A stretch of 64,000 nt of DNA, taken from Octopus vulgaris. Taxonomy: Eukaryota. The notes under the pieces were generated by a model. That model ran no database searches, was not told the origin of the DNA, and worked only from the letters and a program-made list of their open reading frames with translations. Below are positions 12,600-27,342 of the stretch, piece after piece (positions within the stretch are counted from its first letter, which is position 1; the number at the start of each line of letters is the position of its first letter). Location of the stretch: NCBI GenBank assembly GCA_951406725.2, contig OX597833.1, positions 33,728,001 to 33,792,000 on the forward strand, given 5' to 3'. A program made the translations under genes and the position numbers.

Positions 12600-12627
12600 T
12601 CAGTCTGTATACGGCAACAGTCAACAT
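12600..12627 (-). CDS. Peroxidase-fold gene, exon 6 (28-nt microexon)
   Basis: tttcag acceptor, gtaagt donor; encodes (N)VDCCRIQT(E); supplies the phase 1 to 2 shift needed to join exons 5 and 7. Confidence 0.85.
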
Positions 12628-12715
12628 CTGAAACATAAAAGGAAAATAAGAATGACGTATTTAGAAATATTGCAAAATAATATTATGATCGCATTATAAC
12701 AAATGCCTATTTTTA

Positions 12716-12752
<37 letters not shown>

Positions 12753-12764
12753 GCATATATATAT

Positions 12765-12814
<50 letters not shown>

Positions 12815-12872
12815 GCATATATATATATATATACACGCATATATATATACACACACATACATACATGTATAT

Positions 12873-13283
12873 TATTTCTTTATTGCCCACAAGGGGCTAA
12901 ACATAGAGGGGACAAACAAAGACAGACAAAGGGATTAAGTCGATTATGTCGACCCCAGTGCGTAACTGGTACTTAATTTTTTGACCCCGAAAGGATGAAA
13001 GCCAAAGTCGACCTCGGCGGAATTTGAACTCAGAATGTAACGGCAAACGAAATACCTATTTCTTTACTACTCACAAGGGGCTAAACACAGAGAGGACAAA
13101 CAAGGACAGACACACGGATTAAGTCGATTATGTCGACCCCAGTGCGTAGCTGGTACTTAATTTATTGACTCCGAAAGGATGAAAGGCAAAGTCGACCTCG
13201 GCGGAATTTGAACTCAGAACGTAGCGATAGACGAAATACCGCTAAACATTTCGCCCGGCGTGCTAACGGTTCTGCCAGCTCGA
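12873..13283 (-). mobile_element. SINE family 1, tandem dimer (5'-truncated copy plus near-complete copy)
   Basis: Duplicated block GTCGACCCCAGTGCGTA...GAAAGGATGAAAG...AATTTGAACTCAGAA. Confidence 0.85.
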
Positions 13284-13689
13284 GGAGAGAAAGATTCAGA
13301 GAATTTAGGCAAGTAGAGAGAGTGAAAGTTGTGTAGTCGTTCGATGACAGGCCATACTTGAAGTTAGAAACAGACAGATGTGCTCTTCTAGTGAGAGGCC
13401 AAGTAAAAGATGTAGAACCGAATTTGGTTACTATATTTATATTTGTTGGAAAGCTGGATATAGTTCACAGAGCAATGGAAATTATTGGGTTTATCACTTG
13501 AACTGCATTTAACCCAAGAATGTTCCCTTAATAGAATTTAACTAAGTGTGACAGTAGACTCTCATAAATTACTAATTACAAAAGCTGAGAACACTAGAAA
13601 GGAACTGATAGAAAAATCTACATTCTGTTTCGAATCCGGGTTAAGAATCTAGAATGCTATTCGTTACACACACATACACACACATTAGC

Positions 13690-14815
13690 TATTCAGAAAA
13701 GAAGTATATATACTTTTTAACAACCGATAACTCACTGATTTTTCATTTCTTTTTGAAATTTAACCTATTAGAGATAATGAAGGGACCTAGATTAAGCTTT
13801 GAACAAAGGAAATGTGTCCTAAAGTGCGAATGGAAGTTTGAAAGTGCAGTGACAGATCCACGAATTAGAGATGAATTTGAAACATATGGAACTGTTCAAA
13901 ATGTCCACAAGAAACGTTCTGAAAGACCGCAAACATGAATAAACTTTGCAAAGCAAGAAAAGCTACTACAAACGTATTGCCAGAGTTCAAGAAAGTCTGG
14001 GTGGCAAGCGTGTCGTGTGACAGGAATTTGAAAATCAAACACAATCGAATTTTGAAGTGCTGTCATTGGAAAAGTTAGACTCCATGAATTGTCCATGTTC
14101 TTAATGAAAATGATTCGGATCGAACAGAAGAATTTAGCGTGTGGTATTTGGCAAAATGTGTAGAAAATGCACACTTTCCAACAAAGATTGTTTTGAGCGA
14201 TGAGGCTACATTTTGCATTAAATGGTTTAATTGCACCAAGAGACCTGAGAACCAGTATATTACGGAGGGACATCATATTAATTTACCAGGAGTTACAATA
14301 CGGTACGGTGCGACTTAAAATCAAAAAGATTAATTGAACTATTCTTTTTTGAAGATATTGTAACTGATCCAACTTGCTGCGGAAATCAGTTTTCTTAAGC
14401 AATCAAAAAGATTTTGAAGATGCAGAGTTTATTTTCAGCAAAATAGAGTACTACACACACTTCATAGTAAGGGCCTATCTTGATGAGATTTTGTCAAACA
14501 GATAGATTGGGCGAGGAAATTCAGTAGAATATGTCTGCGTTCATCGGACAAGACTTTTATAATGTGAACCAGTTGAATTTTACGGTATAAAACCGGCAAC
14601 AGACAAATTGAAAGAAGCCATTGAATGAGAATTACGATTCTGTTGCTTCGAGGTATCAGCAGGGTCTGGACCAGAACGGTCATCAGTTTGAAACAAACTT
14701 TAAAAAAAAATTAATTCTATCAGCAGATTATAATAAATTTTGATAATGAAATCCATCTTAATAAATATTGATTAATCATTCAAAATGTGTATACATTTTC
14801 GGAGGACACCTTGTA
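13690..14815 (+). mobile_element. Decayed Tc1/mariner-superfamily DNA transposon
   Basis: N-terminal HTH-like RLSFEQRKCVLK...FETYGTVQNVHKKRS, SDEA at the first catalytic Asp (~14197), TIR-like end GGACACCTTG|TA. Confidence 0.75.
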
Positions 14816-15091
14816 TATCTGCACACACACGCATATACGTGCGTGTACATAGAGAGGGATAAAGTTGGTAAGAGAGAAAGTGAGAGGAGCAGAAAGACGA
14901 AAACGGGTAGGTAGGTAGGTAGGTAGGTAGGTAGGTAAGTAGGTAGGTAGGTAGGCAGGTAGGTAGGTAGGTAGGTAGGTAGGTAGGTAGGCAGGCAGGC
15001 AGGCAGGCAGGCAGGCTGGTAGACAGGATGATAGATAGGTAGGTAGGTGAAAAAGGTAAGTAGGTACAGAAATATAAAAATAGGTACATAC

Positions 15092-15262
15092 TGTTCATAG
15101 TGTCCACTAGTTGTATATCATAATTAAGGAACTGTGTAAAAGCAGCGACCATGTGAGTCAGACTGGTATCAGGTTTATTAATATTCTTGAAAAGTTTGTA
15201 GCTCACACACCGTGTATTTGGAAGATGGGTGTTTTTATAGTGAAGACGGGGCTTATTTACTC
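15092..15262 (-). CDS. Peroxidase-fold gene, exon 5 (distal-site exon)
   Basis: tcag acceptor, gtatgt donor; KPR...LPNTRCVS...THMVAAFTQFLNYDI aligns to LPxxRxVS...WGQFxDHD; phase 1 to 1. Confidence 0.93.
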
Positions 15263-17052
15263 CTGAAAAGAAATCAATACTTGTTCTTCAGTGTGTGAAA
15301 TCAGGAATCTGACAGAGTTGGCGGTTTATATCGCTAGCTTAAGTTTATTCTATAGAATAAAGTCACCATGAGGGGAGCTCCATTGCAATGTCGAAGATTG
15401 GATCGTTAGTTTCTTTCGTATCGTAACATTCCAAGACATATGAAAAGCGAGAAGTGCTGATCGTCTTGGGTGGTAGGCTTCAGATGATTTTTAAGCCTCG
15501 CCTTCTGCGATGAATCTAAGGTCATAGGCTTTCTAACACATCTTTGATAAAAGGTATTACGGTCGTGACTACTCAATCTTTCTCTCAGATTATATGATTA
15601 AATTATCTAATGCCCCCCACCCACACACATTTAAAAAAACAGTAGCGTACATTTTTGAGGGAGATTTGCTTGCTATTTCTAGCACGCCGAGCAACCATGC
15701 AAATGGCTGTCATAACATTCAATAGTAATTATATTAATGCAGTGACTTGGTCGAACTTCTTGAACTTATTAACCTCAGTTTTGAGTAGTATTTGACTATT
15801 ACCCTTCAGTATCTCTTTTTCTCGCAGGTGTTATTGTTTTATTAAGGTAGTATCCCGCTATTTTCTACTCCATACATGTGTAAATTCATGGCAGTTGGCT
15901 TAAAAAGATCGACGGTGTATATTGACTATGGCATACATTATAAGCTTGCGACTTCAAGAAGGGTAAATTCAGTGCATACGAAATATCTATAGTTTGTAAC
16001 AGCTTATTCAGACGTATGTGCTGTGAACAAGTGTCTGATTCTTTTTCCTTTTCTTTCTTTTTTTTTTGTCTTTTTAATATTTTACACTCATTACAATTAA
16101 TTATAATATCGTATTTATTATATTTCTAAAATTTAAATAGTTCACATTATATTTTAAGACATCAAATATTAAATATTCTTCCGTGTTGATTTACGTAACA
16201 GAAAAATACTTCTATTATTTCTGTGGACATATAAATCAACCAATGATTTATATGGTCATACTAACACCAATGAGAAGGACAGCACTCATAGCTGCTTTCA
16301 GGCCCTTTATACTGGTTGTTGGAAAGGTGAAAATTGCACTCTCAAAGGAGACCTGGCTTGAATACTTACAGCAGAGTGAACTCCGTTGAAATTATTGTTA
16401 TATTCCGAAACAGAACTATCGAAACAAAATTTAAAATGTATGGTAGCACATTTTATAGTTCTCGTTATTATCGCAACGCAACTCTTCAGTTTATAATTAT
16501 TATAACTATTCTGTATTTCCAATGTTAAACTAATGTCTCTCATGTATATTGGAAATAGTTAAGCCACATACTTCATCTAATCTAAATGTTGGTAGGTAGA
16601 GTATTTTCTTTTTCAAGTATTTAGCTAAAGAAATGTAGTAAAATAAAGATAATGATTTTCAAAACAGAAAAAATGCAAGCAAGGACAACGAAAACAAAGA
16701 TGTTCTCTTTAACCAAAATAAAAGTAGTTGTTTATTGGTTGCTTCCTAGTAAACATTACAGAAATCATAGAAGTTTACTTGGTGCAGATTTGAAATTTTA
16801 CAGACTAGGTCTCCTATTAAATTTTGTTGGTTTCATTTAAGGTATAAATATGTGGAGAGGGAGGTAATCTTTTTTTATATATTCCAGTTTTGTAATACTC
16901 GTTGAATGAGTATAAGACATGCAAAATAGTATGGTGGAAAATTTTTAAAAAAACGATAACTTGAGAGATTTTTTTTTCAGTTGAATAATGTAACTGCTAT
17001 TAACTGTCGCCATATGACGGATGATCTTGCAGTTCAAAAATCTTTTACTTAC

Positions 17053-17285
17053 CATCATCGTATTGGGAAGACATCATTCGTGCGAAAGTCGTTTCGCTTT
17101 TTCCTATATAAGCATTCTGGAGATTATTACAAGAGCCATCAGCTGTTCGATAAATATCTGCAGTGTTGCAAATGAGTTTGTGTCTATATTCACAAGTAGA
17201 ATGGACGCCGGGAGGAGCTGCAAAATGTTTCAAGAATCCATCGGCAAACATAGGTGGGACGCTGTGTCTATACTGTGTCCAGTAG
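17053..17285 (-). CDS. Peroxidase-fold gene, exon 4
   Basis: gtag acceptor, gtaagt donor; YRTADGSCNNLQNAYIG...FARMMSSQYDDG is the N-terminal An_peroxidase motif; phase 2 to 1. Confidence 0.93.
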
Positions 17286-18291
17286 CTACGAGATTAACGA
17301 TTAGAAAAGAAAAAGCATTCAAATATTAATAATAAAGAAGATAGAATTCAACTTAGGTCAAAACAATAATCATACATCTGAAGTGGAGGAATTGATTTGG
17401 CCCAACGAGCGAAGCTAAATATTTCGATACGAAAACATATTCTTTGAGGAACTTTATATTCAAAAATTTACTTAACATTCATTTCACGCTCAAAACATTA
17501 ACTGAAAAACCTGAACAATTTACTATAATATGCTATGAAAATGTGGTACTACGTCGGGTATGTATAGGCTGTGTTATTTTATTGCGGGAGAAGATTGATT
17601 GCATTTTTATCGCTTAGCCAGGAGGAAAGGCAATGTCCCTGACACTACCTTTCATGGCATCCAAAAGAGGAAGGAATCGTCAAATGAGAGATCTCACTCG
17701 ACTCGAATGTTTGCAACAAGTTATTTCCACAGACCAGGTGTTGGTATTAAAAACGGTCGAGGGATTAAGTGATTCTTCCAAGTAGTATGTATATATATAT
17801 ATATATATATATAGTTCGCCAGGGTATCGTGAAATGGCACATACTTGGATTTGTTGGAATGTTTTTTTAAAATATTTAATTCGTGCATACATTCATCTGA
17901 TGAAAACGGTTATTTTTTCACATGATGTAATAACTCTAATTATCAATTAAAAACAAAACACGCCTGAAGCAGTTGTAGTGAGTGAACTACTATCCATCTG
18001 TTTATTATTCAACTAACTTGGAACCTGCAGTTAGCGTGAGTGACTGCAATTGGTACAGTGTTTGTGCCTAAGTACAGTCTGGAGACTCGTGGTATATTCA
18101 GTCGAACGTTTGTGATCGTACATGAAAGTGGAATATAAATCCGTATTTACTTTGGTATGTACGTAAATGTTCCTCTAATGTTGTTTTGTACATGATAGGG
18201 AATTCATATACCCGACCTTCAGTTGACCATCAGTTGTCAAACGATGTTGAGGCGGACTAACATAGATACAACCCACCCCCTCACAAACACA

Positions 18292-18432
18292 CACACGACG
18301 GACTTCGTTCAGGTTCCGTCTACCAAATCCTCTTACAAGGCTTTGGTCGACTCGAGGCTATAGTAAAAGAGACGTGCCGAAGGTACCACGCAGTGACACT
18401 GAACCTTGAACCATGTGGCTGGGAAACAATCT
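18292..18432 (-). mobile_element. SINE family 2, partial
   Basis: Matches the 5' part of 45068-45465. Confidence 0.7.
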
Positions 18433-18997
18433 TCTTGTGTGTATGTGTGTGTGTGTGTGTGTATGTGTGTGTGTGTGTGCGTGTGCGTGTGCGTGTGTGT
18501 GTGTGTGTGTGCGTGTGTGTGTGTTATAGTAGAAAAGAAAACGCAAAGTTTGGCAAAACTTGATAAGGACACGCCTATTTGAGCACTCAGAGGACATACT
18601 TAAAATATATGATAAATTATGTAAAGTTATATATTTAAAAAATACTTTATAAATGTATATGAAAAATTATTGAAAAAGCACAAGTTTATAACACAAACAC
18701 AAGTTTTGTCTGTTCTGGTAAAGCATCAACTGCACTTGGAACATCTATGCAGAGGTTCCAAACCATCACAACGGTGAAATGTGCTCTGCATATCATAACT
18801 AGTAATACTACAAAGTATAGTAGCAGTCAAGCCACAAAACTTGGAAACGGACTGAATGATGATAATCTATGTGGAGTTCTAAACTCAAAGTAGCAGTCGT
18901 TTATATATATATATATATATAGTAATAAGAAGAACTTTTGGATGGAAATTTATAAATCCTTTAAACAAATAGCAGAAGAGCTTTTTATGGGTGCACT

Positions 18998-19084
<87 letters not shown>

Positions 19085-19087
19085 AAT

Positions 19088-19157
<70 letters not shown>

Positions 19158-19256
19158 TCGGAGAAAGTTCGGTACATGGGATATGTTTCTATATAAGTAT
19201 ATCACAAAAGGTAAAAAGATAGAGATGAAAATATAAACAAAATGTTAAAAACTCAC

Positions 19257-19377
19257 AAATTTAAAGTCTTGTAGGCAGCTTCGATGTAACGTAGCCCATT
19301 GAGTCCTCTGAGGGTTGCCTGAGAGAAAGGTAATATCAGTGACGCATGCGTTTTGTTTCCATCATCAGTTGGCGAGC
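19257..19377 (-). CDS. Peroxidase-fold gene, exon 3 (pro-region)
   Basis: cccag acceptor, gtgagt donor; open frame SPTDDGNKTHASL...IEAAYKTLN; phase 1 to 2 bridges exons 2 and 4 exactly. Confidence 0.8.
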
Positions 19378-19490
19378 CTGGGAATTCGATAGAAATAATA
19401 ACTTAGTGATAAAGTTGACAGTGATGGCGACGGCAGTAGTGTAATCTCAGCATACAAACATTCACTATATACACACATACATAGATATAA

Positions 19491-19541
<51 letters not shown>

Positions 19542-19739
19542 TTTCATAAGTGTTTTAGTGGAACAGTATCGTCGCATAGTTAATAAGTTCCCTTTGCAAC
19601 CAAAATACACTAGTTCCAACCCGCCAAGTGGCATCTTGGGCAAACTCGTGTTGAGTGAAATTCAGTTGCTTGCTCGAAGATTTTCAACTTACTGTGTTAA
19701 CCATGTGAACTTCGCCATAAATAAAATACATATATAATT

Positions 19740-19836
19740 ACACGTACACATACACACACACTAACACACATATAGTTATTTATTAATTTTGTGTGCTTGT
19801 ATACATGCATCTACATACATATACACACGCGTGCAA

Positions 19837-19883
<47 letters not shown>

Positions 19884-19906
19884 CATATATACATATGCAT
19901 ATATAC

Positions 19907-19938
<32 letters not shown>

Positions 19939-20022
19939 ACACATACGTATACATATATATATATATGTATATGTATACATATATATATATATGTATATGT
20001 ATACATATATATATATATGTAT

Positions 20023-20069
<47 letters not shown>

Positions 20070-20709
20070 GCATATACATATACATATATATATACATATA
20101 CATATATATACATATATATATATACATATACATATATATACATATATATATACATATACATATATATACATATATATATACATATACATATACATATATA
20201 TACATATATATATACATATACATATATATACATATATATATACACATATACATATATATACATATATATATACATATACATATATATACATATATATATA
20301 CATATACATAATATATATATATATACATATATATATATACACATATATATATATATACATATGCATATATATATACATATGTATACAATATATTTATATG
20401 TATAAATATACATATATATACACATATATATACATATATATACATATATTCATATATATATACATATATATAAATATATATATTTATATATATATACATA
20501 TATAAATATATATATATACATATATAAATATATATATATATACATATATATATGTGTATATACATATATATATATACATATATGTATATATACATATATA
20601 TATATACATATATGTATATACATATATATATATACACACATATATATATAAATACATATATATATACATAAATATATATATACATATATATATGTATACA
20701 CATATATAT

Positions 20710-20744
<35 letters not shown>

Positions 20745-20813
20745 CATATATATATACATATATATACACATATATATGCACATATATATATATACACATA
20801 TATATACATACAC

Positions 20814-20858
<45 letters not shown>

Positions 20859-20940
20859 TATACACATATAGATATACATACATACATACATATATATAGA
20901 TATACACATATCCATACATACAGACAGACAGACAGACAGA
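19740..20940. repeat. ~1.2-kb (TA)n/(CA)n compound microsatellite in intron 2
   Basis: Directly visible. Confidence 0.95.
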
Positions 20941-20957
20941 CATGTTAATTTTCTTAC

Positions 20958-21081
20958 TTGATGCGTTTTTTACAAATTCCTTTGCAATTTTAACTATATT
21001 AGGTGGAAAATGTTCGTTATTTTGCCCCATAGCAAGGTATAAGAAACACGCAAGAAGAAAGATTGAAATTCGACGAAACAT
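20958..21081 (-). CDS. Peroxidase-fold gene, exon 2 (start codon and signal peptide; exon begins at 21108)
   Basis: [19 protein letters not shown]|QNNE looks like a signal peptide; tttcag acceptor before 21108; gtaaga donor; phase 1. Confidence 0.85.
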
Positions 21082-21254
21082 CTTTGGTGAATATCGTGAA
21101 CAATTAAACTGAAATAGAGCAGAAAAGAGAAATCACAATAGATGACAATCACCCACAGACACAAAAAGCAGCAACAAAAGAAAATGGTCGCGGGTTAATA
21201 AAGGAGCCACTACGCCATCGCTCGACCGCAGCCTAATAAGAAAAACAAGTAATA

Positions 21255-21478
21255 TACAAGGTTGGCCAAAAGTTACTTGATTTTTTTCCAAAATTAAAAC
21301 AAAGAAAATATATTATATGAGATTTCGCTAATAAATAGGCAAATGTTGAAAAAACAGGGTGATTTTAACTCACAGCATTCAATTATTAAACATTCATAAT
21401 TGGAATGAATGAATAAAATTGAATATTAAGTAATCATGGAATTTTTTATTTACTGTCGGGTGACTTTTGGCCAAACAT
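21255..21478. mobile_element. Tc1/mariner-type MITE (~225 bp)
   Basis: Imperfect TIRs TTGGCCAAAAGTTAC / GTGACTTTTGGCCAA in TA context. Confidence 0.65.
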
Positions 21479-22572
21479 ATATATATATATATATATCGGG
21501 ATGGCAATTTTTTTGCCAAATGATCACACACGCACTATATATTCGTTTTTCACTTCAGATTTATTATTGTTCTTATTTTAAGTCCTTTGCCTGGAAATCT
21601 CTCGTCACACTCTCTGTGACCTCGTCAGTGACTCTCCATCGCACATGCCTCCTCTGTGTTCATTCTGTGTTTATTTGGCAAAAATGAAATGATCATCCCG
21701 AAATATAACAATATCTGTTTCAACACTCGATTTCACCTCTGGAATCTTGAAAACAAGAATACGTTCTCAATTTCAGTACAAATAAAGTTTGTCCTCAATG
21801 GGATTCGAACTCATATCATAAAGTATATAACTAAAATCCACATGATATTTAGTATCATCTACACATTAAATGATGATGATATAATGAAATTCTGTTTTTG
21901 TCGGCAACAAAATTATGGAATAGTTTTGTAATTGACCCAGTTACCAAGGAGTACATTTTAGAGATAGAAAATTATTAAGTATTTCTGAAGTATCATCCTC
22001 ATGATAAAAGGTATTTTAAATAATTTTTCATTATTTAGGATAATTATAATAGGTTTCTTATTATTTAGAATAATAAATAGGTTTATAATTAAAAGTATTA
22101 AGAGTAGCAGACTGGCAGAGAATCTCGTAAATATTTCTTCTGGTGCTTTACGTTCTGAGTTAAAATCACTGAAGTCAAATTTGCCTTTCATCCTTCTAGG
22201 GTTCATAAAGCAGCAGTCAAGTATTGAAGTTGGTGTAAAACGACGACGACGACGACTCATTTCCTTAAAATTTTCTGACCTTTTGCGTAAATTAGAAACA
22301 ATTATTAAAAGTAACAATGGCGACGGATTTGGAGAGTGACGGACTAAATAACTTGTGGTATTGATCCTGGTTCTTCATGCTTTGAATTTCAATTCTATCG
22401 GGATCAACTTTATGCTCTGTTTCTTTTTTTGTTTTCCGGGTTGATAAAATATAATATTAGAAAAGAACGGGGTAAATAGAATTGATCTTTTCAAAATTTT
22501 CTGGTTTTGCACTAATATAAGAAATTATTTATTAAATAATCATTTATTTAAATTATTTACAACGTTATAGAA

Positions 22573-22625
<53 letters not shown>

Positions 22626-22874
22626 TGTTGATGATGATGATGATGATAATAATAATAAATAGATTATTGTTTAAAATGTGTAGAATGTAACGAAATAATC
22701 TAGTTTAAAAAAACCCAAAAAAAACATGAAATGATTTTCTAAATCTTTAGATTTCAATCTTCTAATTTCAGTTTCTATTCATTGTTAATTCGATTTCAGT
22801 CGGGTATAGTCTGATTAATGCTATCAGAGAGAGAAAGAGAGAGAGAGAGAAAAAATGGTGAGATAAGTACTTAC

Positions 22875-22935
22875 AAAATGTGCTCTGTATAAATGTCTAC
22901 AAGTTTACAAATCAGACTTGCAGAAGTTTGTGATG
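22875..22935 (-). other. Putative non-coding exon 1 of the peroxidase-fold gene
   Basis: gtaagt donor at 22874-22869; TATAAATA about 25-30 bp upstream of an Inr-like TCATCAC. Confidence 0.6.
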
Positions 22936-22956
22936 AAGGATGAGCTTTTTCCTACG

Positions 22957-22964
22957 TATTTATA
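22957..22964 (-). promoter_or_regulatory. TATA box
   Basis: TATAAATA on the minus strand at the expected spacing from the putative exon 1. Confidence 0.6.
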
Positions 22965-23138
22965 AGAATTCCATCACATTTTGGAAAATGTGAGCACCTC
23001 TATTTGATTTATTTATTTATTCATTTTACCTGTTAACTACCCCCCCCCCCATAATATTATTTTATACTATTAAGAATAAATGAATCATCATCATTATTAA
23101 AAGAGGAAAAGCGTATGATTATCTTGCAATCATTTTGT

Positions 23139-23218
23139 GTCACGTGAAATGCTGTGATATTGAGACATCGTGCAAGAAATGTTTTCCTGTTTCTTAATAT
23201 TCTAAAAACTCACGTGAC
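23139..23218. promoter_or_regulatory. Two extended E-boxes (GTCACGTGA 23139-23147, TCACGTGAC 23210-23218)
   Basis: USF/MITF/TFE-type consensus twice, about 180-260 bp upstream of the TATA box. Confidence 0.4.
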
Positions 23219-24419
23219 ACGTTCGTGCTCACGAGTGTAGCCACTATTAATTCCCACCCCACCATTGCCCTCGTAAATTCTCCGGTTGGGCAGGGCTTAA
23301 TTTGAATATGCTTATTGTAGGAAGTTAGAATCAATGCCATTTTGAAACATTTTCTTTCGTAAAAAAATAATAAAAATAATAAATGTGCATTTTATAGATA
23401 ATCTCTGGGAAACTATTCTTTTATTCTCTTTTGTAATCTTAAATCCAGTTACTTTAAATACTTTCCACATTGTTTCTAAAAGTCTATTTTTATCTTCAGC
23501 GCTTGTACAGCCACGATTCTTATAGAATGTATTGTAATTAAAATGTTATTGACAAAATCGTGGGAACATCGGACACAAATGTTTTACGATGATTAGCTGT
23601 GGTTCTACTATGGCTAAGTTGTGGTTGCATTGTGGCTAACTTTGACATTACTTTTATTGGAGTTGGTAAAATAAAGCTCTAATCAAAGTACTAGATCCAT
23701 ATTTCCAATAAAGGTCTTGTGCCTTTATTTGAAATTATTATTATTTTGGAAGAATCAGTATAACGTTGGATAAAATGACTTGTCCTATTTGTTCCAGTTC
23801 TCTACGTCCTGAGTTCAAATCCCGCAAACGTCAACGTTTGCCTTTCACCGTTTAGGCGTCGTTAAAATAGAGTACCTCTCAAGTACTGGGGTTGATTTAA
23901 TCAACTAATCCCTTCTTCTAAGATTTCTGGTCCTCTTTCCTTCATCACTTTCTTTCACTCTTTCTTCTCTATCACAGTTGTTATTGCTATACTTTACCTT
24001 CCTGGTGTATCAAATACAGAGTATCATAATGGCACGTCTCTCTTCACAAAACAAAGTAAATTCATTCATTCATCTATTCATCCATTTATTATTTATTATA
24101 ACTGGGTATGTGTGTACAGTTAAGAAGTTCACCTATCAAACATTATTTAAGAACTTTGATTCCGCTGCGCGACACTTCGGGTAGACGTCTTCTACCATTA
24201 CCTCGGTTAAAGCTAATACATTTGGTAGGAGGAAACTGTACTAAAGTCCGCCGCGTGCGCATGCACGTGTGTGACGGGGATTGGTGATGCAAAGAAGGTA
24301 AACAGAACTCAATATGCCAAACCAGAGCATATATACTTTTGAGTGACTCAATAAAGAGATTTTCGTACGTTGTACCGCATGAAACACACATATACCTACA
24401 CATAAGCACATACACAGAT

Positions 24420-24720
24420 AGCTTTTATTAGCCACACAGGGCTGAATACAGAGGGGACAAATACAAATGCAGAGCTTTTCTTTTCGAGGGTGGAAAAAAA
24501 AAAAAATGTAAGATTGCGATCAAAAGGGATCGAGAGGAGGAAGAAAAAGGAAAAAAAAGAAAATCGTGTATCACAGAAATAATGGTATAAACATTGATAT
24601 AACAAGATTGGGTTCATCCGTGGGAAGAAAAGCCTACAGAAAAGACCACGGGAACCCCAGTCAGGGAGGAAATAAACACATGAGGTCAAAAATGCTCTCT
24701 TTCTTTCTTTTTTACGATCT
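24420..24720 (-). mobile_element. 3' UTR fragment of a Tx1-clade LINE (older copy)
   Basis: Similar to 24794-25100; ends TGTGTGGCTAATAAA. Confidence 0.7.
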
Positions 24721-24723
24721 ACA

Positions 24724-26567
<1,844 letters not shown>

Positions 26568-26569
26568 CA

Positions 26570-26962
26570 ATGTTTCTTTATTAGCCACACTGAACTGAAC
26601 ACAGAGGAGACAAAATACAAAGTTGAACTTTTCTTTTTGGGAAGAAAGAGAAAGAAAAGAAAAAGAAAAAGGGGGTAGTTTTCGATCAAAAGGGATCGTA
26701 AAAAGAGAGAAATAAAAACAATCAATAGGGATCGTGTCACAGAAATGTCAAGATGTAAAGTGTAAAGGGGGAAGCAGATAAGGTTTATCCGTGGAAAGAA
26801 AAGCCTATGGAAAGGACCACGGTGACCTCGGTCAATAATGTCACATGTTAACACATTTATTTGCAAGTAAGTAACTCTTTGTTTTAAATTTTTCCGGGTT
26901 CATAGGATTATGCTCAAGGTGGCTTCGTCATTCATACGTTCCATCCTTGCTACATTCACCCA
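26570..26962 (-). mobile_element. Third 3'-end copy of the same Tx1-clade LINE
   Basis: ORF2 tail plus 3' UTR abutting the (GATA)n array at 26467-26566. Confidence 0.85.
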
Positions 26963-27227
26963 GATACACACTTTCAAACAAATACACTCACATATGCGTG
27001 TGAGTTTGTGTGTGTGCTTGTGTACACAGTACACCTTTTAACTTAATGGGCACAATGTAGCTACTGGATAAAATTAAAAGGATAGAATAAAAGCCGGGCT
27101 AGGTACCGATGTCATTTACGTTTTACTTAAACCCTCTTGAATGCGGTAGTTGAATGGCTGCCACTCTAACAACAGAAGCCATTACATAAAATTTCCTTTT
27201 ATGCTGGTACACTATATTTTGTTGTTT

Positions 27228-27342
<115 letters not shown>

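Noticed and set aside
18660-18890. Additional peroxidase exon in intron 3
   Set aside because: Exons 3 and 4 already join in phase, and I found no convincing splice pair or motif here.
19776-20957. Long YI/IY-repeat ORFs, including the 432-aa ORF 19783..21081
   Set aside because: They are translations of (TA)n/(CA)n; only 20958-21081 is a real exon, ending at a GT donor.
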